From the IMG/VR virus record IMGVR_UViG_2974522809_000001, positions 7,093-71,092 of that record: a stretch of DNA of 64,000 bases; one strand, 5' to 3'. The notes below the pieces were generated by a model. The model ran no database searches. It had not been told where the DNA came from and saw only the letters and a list, made by a program, of their open reading frames with translations. Shown piece by piece: positions 29,838 to 37,267 of this stretch (positions are counted from its first letter, which is position 1; each line of letters begins with the position of its first letter). Source of the DNA: a virus (lineage: Duplodnaviria; Caudoviricetes). A program made the position numbers and the translations under genes.

Positions 29838-30148
29838 TGGCCGCGCACAACTGGCGGGCGCTGCGTACCAAGGCCCTGGAGAACGGGCACAGCGACCTGA
29901 TGGCCTGGCCGAACATGCACGTGGTGCTCGACGCGATGGAGCAGCTGGGCCTGGAGAGCGCGGTGGCCGGGGCCAAGACGCAGGTTGAGGCCAAGACCGA
30001 GATGACCCGCTACTACGACAAGCTCTACAAGCCAGACATCACCGCCATGGTGATCAACGGTGACGGGTACCTGCCGCCCCCGCCGGGGTTCAGCGAGGAG
30101 GAGATGGAGGCGTCGTTCGATGCGTTCTTGTCGAGCGGCACGCGGTAA
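29834..30148 (+). CDS. Putative frameshift (T-like) partner ORF in the -1 frame
   Basis: 104 aa from TTG. The frame is open upstream through the CGCCCTAC junction (PYTAVINLALMAAHNW...). Confidence 0.6.
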   Translation: MMAAHNWRALRTKALENGHSDLMAWPNMHVVLDAMEQLGLESAVAGAKTQVEAKTEMTRYYDKLYKPDITAMVINGDGYLPPPPGFSEEEMEASFDAFLSSGTR

Positions 30149-30166
30149 GCCAGCTATCCTGCACCC

Positions 30167-30586
30167 ATGGCAACTACGGCGGTGCTGTTCGATACCAGTG
30201 CGCCCGCCGGTTCCAAGCTGGACCCCGCTGTCCGTGCCGAGGTGGCCGAGGTAGCGCCGGGCAACCTGGAGCCCGGCGAGGTCGACACCATCCACCTGGC
30301 CGACGAGGCGGTAACGCAGCCCAAGATCGCACCCGGCGCAGTAGGCAGCCCTCAGATCGCTTCTGGCGGCGTGAAGGCGGTCAACCTTGAGGCGGGGGCG
30401 GTGGGCACCGCTGCGCTCGCTGGCGGGGCTGTGACAGCCGAGAAAACAGGCATTGGCGTCGTCACCGCCTATGACGCCGCCGGTAACCCCGTGTCGCGCC
30501 GCGAGGTCGAGCTGACCTCTGCCCAGTACCAGGCGCTGGTCACGGCGGGCACCGTGGACCCGAACACGCGGTACTTCGTCAGCTGA
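30167..30586 (+). CDS. Minor tail/fibre adaptor protein with short repeats
   Basis: 139 aa with I/LA.GAV repeats and a C-terminal LTSAQYQAL...NTRYFV motif. Confidence 0.7.
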   Translation: MATTAVLFDTSAPAGSKLDPAVRAEVAEVAPGNLEPGEVDTIHLADEAVTQPKIAPGAVGSPQIASGGVKAVNLEAGAVGTAALAGGAVTAEKTGIGVVTAYDAAGNPVSRREVELTSAQYQALVTAGTVDPNTRYFVS

Positions 30587-31722
30587 TGCCGGTCTACCAG
30601 GGCGCAGCCAACCATCCGGCGTTCAGCAAGTGCTACGTCGGCACGCAGCGGTACCGCAAAATCTACGACGGCACCACCCTGGTCTGGTCAGACACCCTGA
30701 TCCACGACGGGTTCGACTGGGACGGCTGGCTCCAGGGATGGATCAACGAGCTGTGCGCGGCCGACGATCTGGGAGAGCTCATCAGCGACGGCTACGGCAT
30801 GATCGTGGACGGGCTGGGCAACGTGGTCGGGTCGACCGTGGCCTACATCCAGGACGGCGTGAACGAGACCGGCAAGCTGGTGGCCAATGCGGGCACCAGC
30901 CTGGTCGACGCCTACTGCGGGGCCTGGGGCGGCAGCGCACCGCCGGACGGGCTCATCGGCCTGGTCAACGGCATTCCCATCATCGGCGGCATCCTGGCCG
31001 ATTGGCTGGCCGGTGACATCGACATCGAAAGCATCATCGGCAGCCTGCCGGTCATCGGCAATATCGCCAAGCAGATCGGCCTGCTGCCCGACAGCGCCGG
31101 GCATCTGCTGGACCCGCTGAACTACGTCATTGACGAGCTGGGCAACGTCGTCGGGACCATCACCTGCGGCAAGTACACCAACATCGGCGGCGGCATCGGA
31201 GAGAACATCTGCTACGTCATCGGCGTGGTGGAGCAGGCGGCGCGGATGCTGGTTCCCGACGGGCTCATGTCACTGGACCGGCAGGTGAGCTGGGTCCGGC
31301 ATCCCACGGTGCTGACCACCGACGACGGATGGGTGGAAACGCAGATCGCCAACGTGGGGAGCCCAGGGTTCAGCACGCAGGTGTTCCGGCGCTACGCCAA
31401 CGACGGCAGCAGGGCGCGCGGCGTGGGCATGGACTTCACCGACAGCGCGGCGTCCATCGTGCGGCGCGTCGGCGGGACGAACACCCTGGTGGCCCCGAAC
31501 CTGGCGCGCTTCACCGAGGGCGATGTGCTGCGGCTGGAGCAGGCGGGCAACCTGCACGTGCTGCTCAAGAACGGCAACGACGTGGGCGAATGGCCTGATA
31601 CCGGCGGCACAGCGGCAACGGGCGCGTCAAACCGCTCGGTGGGCATGTTCATGGAAGGGGCCAAGGAGTTCCTTGGCTCGCGCCGGTTCGGCCCGGCGCT
31701 GAATTACCTTGACGCTGGCTAG
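30586..31722 (+). CDS. Minor tail protein (putative receptor-binding)
   Basis: 378 aa, N-terminal YVGTQRYRKIYDGTTLVW motif, beta-rich C-terminus. Confidence 0.7.
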   Translation: MPVYQGAANHPAFSKCYVGTQRYRKIYDGTTLVWSDTLIHDGFDWDGWLQGWINELCAADDLGELISDGYGMIVDGLGNVVGSTVAYIQDGVNETGKLVANAGTSLVDAYCGAWGGSAPPDGLIGLVNGIPIIGGILADWLAGDIDIESIIGSLPVIGNIAKQIGLLPDSAGHLLDPLNYVIDELGNVVGTITCGKYTNIGGGIGENICYVIGVVEQAARMLVPDGLMSLDRQVSWVRHPTVLTTDDGWVETQIANVGSPGFSTQVFRRYANDGSRARGVGMDFTDSAASIVRRVGGTNTLVAPNLARFTEGDVLRLEQAGNLHVLLKNGNDVGEWPDTGGTAATGASNRSVGMFMEGAKEFLGSRRFGPALNYLDAG

Positions 31723-31902
31723 TTCCCGGCTGTCTCGGTAGCGCAGCCACGACCAGCCCCCGACCAGCGCCGCGCCTGCGGCGGCACTGATACCGGGGTG
31801 CGGGTTCGTGTTGAAGAACGACACGGCAAGCAACAGCACACCTGTTCCACCCATGAGGGCGACAGTAACGGGTCGGCTGTACCGGCGCGCGTGCCGCGAC
31901 AT
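31627..31902 (-). CDS. Small membrane protein (MSRHARR...)
   Basis: ATG overlaps the upstream TAA and there are two hydrophobic segments. It overlaps the 3' end of the + strand gene by about 95 nt, so it is less certain. Confidence 0.45.
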   Translation of the reverse strand: MSRHARRYSRPVTVALMGGTGVLLLAVSFFNTNPHPGISAAAGAALVGGWSWLRYRDSRELASVKVIQRRAEPARAKELLGPFHEHAHRAV

Positions 31903-32108
31903 TACCGACCGCCCCACCAGCCACGGCCGGGGCGCTCGGCGTGCCAAGCGTCGATGGTCTCCGGCAGCCAGCCCTTGTGACGGCCCACCTCCACATCATG
32001 CGGCGGCAGGTCGATGCCGGACAAGGACCGGACGGACTTCATGCCCAGGCGCTTGGCCACGTCCTGGCGGCTGAGATACTTCTGCACCTTGCGCTCAGTG
32101 GTGGTCAC
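31902..32108 (-). CDS. Excisionase/MerR-like HTH DNA-binding protein
   Basis: 68 aa, YLSRQDVAKRLG...W..ETIDAW pattern, AAAGGAG RBS. Confidence 0.75.
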   Translation of the reverse strand: MTTTERKVQKYLSRQDVAKRLGMKSVRSLSGIDLPPHDVEVGRHKGWLPETIDAWHAERPGRGWWGGR

Positions 32109-32530
32109 CGGACGCTCCTTTCACGGGCTGTGGAGTTCCCCGACAGCGTAAGGGTTATCCGTGGCAGCTCGGGGTCACCGGCAACGATCACGGCGGCGCG
32201 TCCTGCCACCAGACGCTCCCATTCCCACTGGCCACCGGTCTCCACAGCAATGTTGACCTCGCGGTCTGGGTCGGCTTCTGCGGCGTCGATCACACGGGCC
32301 ACGTGGTCATCGAACTGGTCAACCAGCTCCTCCACCTTGGTCAGCATCCCCGGCGGGCACTTGTCCGCGCCGCTCTCGATGCGCTGGTAGTCGCGCCGGG
32401 GCTTGCCCAGCTTGAGCGCCATGCTGCGCTGGTCCAGCCCGATGTAGAGCCGGTAGTTGCGGATCAGCTCGCCCAGCCCGTAGGTGTGCTCCGTGGGCTG
32501 CGGGGCTGTAGGCAGCTCGGTCATCGTCAT
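32105..32530 (-). CDS. XRE-family HTH DNA-binding protein
   Basis: GAAAGGA RBS then ATG 32530, 141 aa, LIRNYRLYIGLDQRSMALKLG...YQRIESG. Confidence 0.8.
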   Translation of the reverse strand: MTMTELPTAPQPTEHTYGLGELIRNYRLYIGLDQRSMALKLGKPRRDYQRIESGADKCPPGMLTKVEELVDQFDDHVARVIDAAEADPDREVNIAVETGGQWEWERLVAGRAAVIVAGDPELPRITLTLSGNSTARERSVR

Positions 32531-32550
32531 GTGCGTGTCCTTTCGTGGGG

Positions 32551-32585
32551 CCGACCCCGGCACCGAGGGGCGGTGCCGGGGTCGG
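32551..32585. other. Perfect 15-bp GC hairpin upstream of the XRE gene RBS
   Basis: CCGACCCCGGCACCG-agggg-CGGTGCCGGGGTCGG. Confidence 0.75.
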
Positions 32586-32603
32586 GTAGGTGGCCGGTGG
32601 CGG

Positions 32604-33332
32604 TCACCAGCCAGCTTTCGCGGCGCACACCGGCCCGATGCCACGGGCGCGGCTCTCGTCGTTGGTGAGCTGGCGACCGCAAATACCGCACTCGCCAATC
32701 TCGTGGCCATAGCGGGCGCTGGCTGCCTCGGCACCCACGGCGGCGATGCGGGCCAGGATCGCCCGGCCCTGCTTCATGCTCAGCTTCTGCTCGTCGCTGC
32801 CGATGATCTGCTTGACGAACACGTACCCGGCCCAGCGGCCGGTCTCGGGGCGGTCGACCTTGTAGAACGCCGTGCCGTTGACCGCGTGGACCTGCGTGTC
32901 GATGGCGTAGCGCCCGGCAGGCACCTCCACCGTGGCGTCCTCGTAGCGCCGGTCGTCAACGCGGACGTTGGCTTGGGTAGGCAGGCTCTTGAGCCAGTCG
33001 ATCAGGGCGCTGGCACCCTGGCGGGTCAGCGGTGCCCAGAGGTAGGCGCTGTCCGTCGCGGCGTTCTCGCGCATGGTGGCCAGCACCGCGTTGACCCCGT
33101 CGCCCAGGCTGCGGGCGTACTCGACGGTCACCACGACCTCGCCGGGGGCGGTGTCCAGGTTCATGGCCCAGCTCAGGACGATGTTCAGGGCAGCGGCGCG
33201 GCTGACGTGCTTGTCGACGCCCTGGGCCTGCTGCCACTGGCGGGTGTTGAGCAGGTCGCGGATGAAGTTCAGTTGCCCGTCGCTGGCGGCAACGATGGCG
33301 GGGGCGGTGCTGGTGGCGAACGGTGAACCCAT
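32604..33332 (-). CDS. DUF6011-like zinc-ribbon domain protein
   Basis: 242 aa, C-terminal CGICGRQLTNDESRARGIGPVC. First gene downstream of cassette copy 2. Confidence 0.7.
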   Translation of the reverse strand: MGSPFATSTAPAIVAASDGQLNFIRDLLNTRQWQQAQGVDKHVSRAAALNIVLSWAMNLDTAPGEVVVTVEYARSLGDGVNAVLATMRENAATDSAYLWAPLTRQGASALIDWLKSLPTQANVRVDDRRYEDATVEVPAGRYAIDTQVHAVNGTAFYKVDRPETGRWAGYVFVKQIIGSDEQKLSMKQGRAILARIAAVGAEAASARYGHEIGECGICGRQLTNDESRARGIGPVCAAKAGW

Positions 33333-33347
33333 GGTGACTCCTTGGTC

Positions 33348-33413
33348 GCGGCGGCGGGGCTGTCCCGCCTGGCTGATACGACCACACTAACCCGACTAAG
33401 GCGGGTAAGTCAA
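33348..33413 (-). promoter_or_regulatory. Repeat promoter/palindrome/leader cassette, copy 2
   Basis: ACACTAACCCGACTAAGGCGGGTAAGTCAA at 33384-33413 on +, with the leader hairpin. Confidence 0.85.
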
Positions 33414-33414
33414 C

Positions 33415-33429
33415 CCCGACATTAACGGG
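33415..33429. promoter_or_regulatory. Extra CCCG-N7-CGGG palindrome at the lysin A promoter
   Basis: CCCGACATTAACGGG has the same CCCGAC-N5-CGGG core as the cassette. Confidence 0.55.
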
Positions 33430-33459
33430 CATGTCACGCGGACGGTCTACCATCGCCCC

Positions 33460-35196
33460 GTGAGCTTCATCCGGTCGAAATTCGCACCCCGTGCCCTGCT
33501 GACCGTCGACCAGTGGATCGCCATTTTCGTCGCGGTGGCCGACGAGCTGGACATGCCGGACAAGCGCGGCGCGGTGATCTGCGCCGCCATGTGCGCCTTC
33601 CAGGAGGCCGGGGCCGACCTGCAAGACGGCAACGGGCGGCAAATCTGGATCCCCGGCAACATGGCTGACCCCTGCTACGCCGACGACCCCGACGCCTACC
33701 CGCACGACAGCGAGGGCGACGACGGGCAGTCCACCGGCCCGTTCCAGCAGCAGATGAACCAGCCGGGGAAAGCCCCGTGGGGCTGGGGTGGCAACTACGG
33801 CGATTGCGCCGGTACCCGCAAGCGCATGGACCCGTGGGACAGCACGCGCATGTTCTTCGGCTGGCCGGGCAGCGGGCTGCGCGACAAGGGCTACGACGCC
33901 AGCACCGCCCAGCGCGCCAACGACAGCATTCAGCGCGTGCAGGGCAGCGGCGTGCCCAACGCTTATGCGCAGTGGTGGGGCCTGGCCAACGCGGCGTACG
34001 ACCGCTACCTGGGCAATCCGATCCCGGCACCGCCCAGCCCCGGCGGGGGCAGCAGCGGCGCACCGGCCCTGACGCCGAACCCGGCCTGGCGTGGTGACCC
34101 GCTGTTCCTGCCGCAGCTGCTGCGGGCGTTCGGGGTGAGCGTCACCACCTACACCGACGCCGACGGCATCCGCTGGGATGAGCGCGGGCATGGAGACTTC
34201 GGGAAAATCTCGTGGGTGCTGTGGCACCACACCGGCAGCGTCAACGAGACCGACAACGGCATCGCGCACCATCCGGCGCTGGGCCTGGCCGCGAACATGC
34301 TCATCCACCCCGACGGGCACGTGGTGCTCACCGGCAGCGGCATTGCCTGGCACGGTGGCATCGGGGTGTACCCCGGCATCCCAGAGGACGGTATCAACCA
34401 GATCAGCATCGGCATTGAGTGCAGCTACGGGCCAGACCGCGACGGCCGGTACACGCTGCCCTGGCCCGAGGCGCAGATGAACGCCATGATCGCGGTGGGC
34501 GGTGCCATCAGCTGGTTCCTGGGCGACACGCTGCCGCCGAGCCACCAGATCGCTCACAAGGAATGGGCCGGTGCCGACAACCCGCTGGGCGTGAACAAGC
34601 AGGGCAAGCCCGACCCCGGCAATCTCGATATGACCTGGTTCCGCGCGCAGATCGCCGCGCGGGCAGCAGCTGGCCCCACAACCGGAGGAGACGATTGGAT
34701 GACGAACCCCGATGCCATCACCATGCTGGCGGCAATCTACCGCGAGACCGTGACGCAGAAGTCCCCGAGCCGGTCGTTCATGGCCGAGGACGGCACGCTG
34801 ATCGACACCCCGCTGGGCATCGACTGGAACACCGACGGCAACGCCTGGACCCTGGTCATGACCGAGGCGTACTGGAACGACGTGCCGCTGGCCATCACCG
34901 TGGTGGAGGACATCGCCGCCAACGGCGTGCGGCAGACCAGCTGGGCCGGTAGCGCCGACAAGGACGACCAGGTGAAGTGGAACCAGTGGCTGAGGGACTT
35001 CGGCCAGGCGTATTGCGCGGGCCTGGTCCGGCGTAAGGCCCAGTGGACCGCTCTGGTGGCCGCAGTTTCGGCCCTGGCTGCCGCACAGAGCGCCGCTGCG
35101 GTCACCGCCGAGGCAACCACCCCGGCCGCGCCCAAGAAGCGCGCACCGCGCAAGAGGGCGGCAACCAAGCCCACCACGACCGGCGGCGCAGAATGA
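33460..35196 (+). CDS. lysA: Lysin A (N-terminal lysozyme-like domain + amidase_2 + C-terminal domain)
   Basis: 578 aa. Amidase motifs WHHTGS, GIECSY, HKEW, KPDPG. N-terminal QEAG...GPFQQQ...MDP pattern. Confidence 0.9.
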   Translation: MSFIRSKFAPRALLTVDQWIAIFVAVADELDMPDKRGAVICAAMCAFQEAGADLQDGNGRQIWIPGNMADPCYADDPDAYPHDSEGDDGQSTGPFQQQMNQPGKAPWGWGGNYGDCAGTRKRMDPWDSTRMFFGWPGSGLRDKGYDASTAQRANDSIQRVQGSGVPNAYAQWWGLANAAYDRYLGNPIPAPPSPGGGSSGAPALTPNPAWRGDPLFLPQLLRAFGVSVTTYTDADGIRWDERGHGDFGKISWVLWHHTGSVNETDNGIAHHPALGLAANMLIHPDGHVVLTGSGIAWHGGIGVYPGIPEDGINQISIGIECSYGPDRDGRYTLPWPEAQMNAMIAVGGAISWFLGDTLPPSHQIAHKEWAGADNPLGVNKQGKPDPGNLDMTWFRAQIAARAAAGPTTGGDDWMTNPDAITMLAAIYRETVTQKSPSRSFMAEDGTLIDTPLGIDWNTDGNAWTLVMTEAYWNDVPLAITVVEDIAANGVRQTSWAGSADKDDQVKWNQWLRDFGQAYCAGLVRRKAQWTALVAAVSALAAAQSAAAVTAEATTPAAPKKRAPRKRAATKPTTTGGAE

Positions 35197-36527
35197 CCGC
35201 CCCGGCCCCGGCCTGGCACCCGCCCAACACCGTGGGCGACGTAGACCCGAACATCGTGCTGGCCAAGCAAAAGCTGGCCAAGTACAGCTATGGCAAGCCC
35301 GCCAACGACGGCACGCCCATCTACACCGCCGAGTTCGGCGCGGCGCTGGCCGAATACCAGCGGCGGCGCAACGTCGAGATTGACCAGGGCAAGTACCTGC
35401 CACCGCGCATGACGGCCCTGGGCACCCTGGACTACGCCACCAAGGTCCAGATGGAAATCGTGCCCCGCGCTGGCGGCGGCGCGAACCCGCCACCGGCAGC
35501 CATCATCACCGACGTGCATTTCCTGTCCAGCCCCGGCAGCGGTGCGGACTGGTGGATCGGCCCCAGCTTCGAGGTCGGGGAATGGCTCAAGACCAACGCG
35601 GGCGTCCGGCACTGGCCGCTCGGGTATCCCAAGGGCGGTTACCTGGGCCTGATGGGCGGCGACAGCGCCCAGAGCTACCTGGACACCATCGCCCTGGAAG
35701 GTGCCGAGCTGGAACGGCGCATCCGTGAGGACATCCTGCCGTTGTACGGCATCAAGCTGGCCCTCGGCGAGGTCATCAGCATGGAGGACGTGGACCAGCT
35801 GCCCGCCGGGTTCAAGCTGATCTTGTCGGGCTACAGCCAGTCGGCCGACGGCATCATCCGCGCGGCGGCGCGGCTGTTCGGCGACGGGGGCATCTTCGCG
35901 GCGCTGCGCAGCTTCGTGAAGGGCATCCTGGTGTTCGGCAACCCGGCCCGCCAAGGCGGTGCCACCCGGTACGGGCGCAGCCCGCGCGGCAAGGGCATCA
36001 GCGGATACGTGGCCCCGAGCTGGCTGGCGGCGCTCATCATCGACGTGGTGACCGAGACGCCCACCGCGCCGGACTTCTACGCCTGCAATGTCAGCCCCAT
36101 CGCCACGGCGGTCTACGAGGTGGTTATCCACGCCGAGACCGAGCTGCCGTTCGTGCTGTACCTGGCCAAACTGGTCATCCCGGCCATCCTGAACCTGGTC
36201 AGCGGCGGCATCTTCGGAGCGGGCGGCATTGGCGGGCAGCTGGGCAGCGCCGCCACGGTGCCCATCCTGGCGGGCCTCACCGGCATGAGCGGCGGGCAGC
36301 TGTTGCCGTTTGTCAACATGGCCCAGCAGGGCGACGACGAGCTGCTGGCCCCGCTCATCGCCGCGCTCAGCCCCACCGGCCTGCTGTTGAGCCTGCCGCA
36401 GCTCATCGGCCTGCTGCTGGCGCTGCCCGGCATCCAGACCCACGGCGAATACCACCTGCCAAAGCCGGAGTTCGGCGGGCGCACGGGCATCCAGGTGGGC
36501 ATCGACCTGGTAAGACCACTGCTGTAA
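35193..36527 (+). CDS. lysB: Lysin B (cutinase-like mycolylarabinogalactan esterase)
   Basis: ATGA overlap with lysA, 444 aa, GYSQS nucleophile elbow, VFGNP motif, C-terminal HGEY. Confidence 0.85.
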   Translation: MTAPAPAWHPPNTVGDVDPNIVLAKQKLAKYSYGKPANDGTPIYTAEFGAALAEYQRRRNVEIDQGKYLPPRMTALGTLDYATKVQMEIVPRAGGGANPPPAAIITDVHFLSSPGSGADWWIGPSFEVGEWLKTNAGVRHWPLGYPKGGYLGLMGGDSAQSYLDTIALEGAELERRIREDILPLYGIKLALGEVISMEDVDQLPAGFKLILSGYSQSADGIIRAAARLFGDGGIFAALRSFVKGILVFGNPARQGGATRYGRSPRGKGISGYVAPSWLAALIIDVVTETPTAPDFYACNVSPIATAVYEVVIHAETELPFVLYLAKLVIPAILNLVSGGIFGAGGIGGQLGSAATVPILAGLTGMSGGQLLPFVNMAQQGDDELLAPLIAALSPTGLLLSLPQLIGLLLALPGIQTHGEYHLPKPEFGGRTGIQVGIDLVRPLL

Positions 36528-36566
36528 CCTGCGCATAGCGGCTCTCGTGGTTGTGGGCTCAGCGGG

Positions 36567-36603
36567 CAAGGCCCCGACACCTGGGGAAGGTGCCGGGGCC
36601 TTG
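36567..36603. terminator. Terminator after the lysis genes (likely bidirectional)
   Basis: CAAGGCCCCGACACCT-gggga-AGGTGCCGGGGCCTTG followed by TTTCG, between convergent genes. Confidence 0.8.
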
Positions 36604-36616
36604 TTTCGTGCGGGGA

Positions 36617-37228
36617 CTACGACGAAATGGACTTCCGCCATTCCTGGTAGAGCGCCTTGTCCTCGTCGGACCCGGCAGCCAGGATGTACGGCGCGGACTG
36701 GTTGGGCTTCTTGTTGCCCTTCACCACCCGGCCCAGCAGCCAGGCGGTGCCCTTGTCCAGCGCCCGCTTGCCCTCGCGGACCAGCGCCTTGTTGAAGATC
36801 ATCACATCGTCCAGGCGCTCGCCCACCTCGTAGGGCTCGCAGGTCTCCACCTCGCCGTCGCGGTTGAGGAAGGCGTAGCCCTCATCGGTGGCGACGGTGA
36901 CGTTGGCGTTGGGCGTGCCCGGCTCGGGCAGCGTCAACGGGATGATGTCGGCGCGGATGAACTCCTGCTCCTCGTCCTTCTTGGACACGCTGGTGCTCAT
37001 GCTGCCGTGCTCGGTCGGGTGCATGAGGATCAGCTGGCCCAGGAAGAACGCGGGCTTGTAGCCGCTGATGCCGGTGGGGTCGCTGGCGGCGAACGGGTCA
37101 CCCTTGCCCAGCGTCTTCTCCTCACCGACGTTGGCCACGTCGTCAGGGCCGGGCAGCGGGGCCTTGGCGGCAGCGGCGGGCTTGGCGGCGGTGGCGGTGC
37201 CACCCTTCTTATCGAACGGGCTGGGCAT
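36617..37228 (-). CDS. Hypothetical replication-region protein (possibly ssDNA-binding)
   Basis: 203 aa, strong AAGGAG RBS, strong codon bias, follows the nuclease gene. The function is a guess. Confidence 0.6.
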   Translation of the reverse strand: MPSPFDKKGGTATAAKPAAAAKAPLPGPDDVANVGEEKTLGKGDPFAASDPTGISGYKPAFFLGQLILMHPTEHGSMSTSVSKKDEEQEFIRADIIPLTLPEPGTPNANVTVATDEGYAFLNRDGEVETCEPYEVGERLDDVMIFNKALVREGKRALDKGTAWLLGRVVKGNKKPNQSAPYILAAGSDEDKALYQEWRKSISS

Positions 37229-37267
37229 AGTTGCTCTCCTTGGTGATGGTGTTGTGTTGGTGATGGG

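Noticed and set aside
31902-32530. Lysogeny or immunity cassette
   Set aside because: No integrase, parAB or attP-like site was recognised in the window. The HTH genes are better explained as lytic regulators, though the rest of the genome is not visible.
34737-36536. 600-aa antisense ORF over lysin B starting after an AC-rich motif
   Set aside because: It lies beyond the terminator, has a weak RBS and a shadow-like translation. Only the motif itself is noted.
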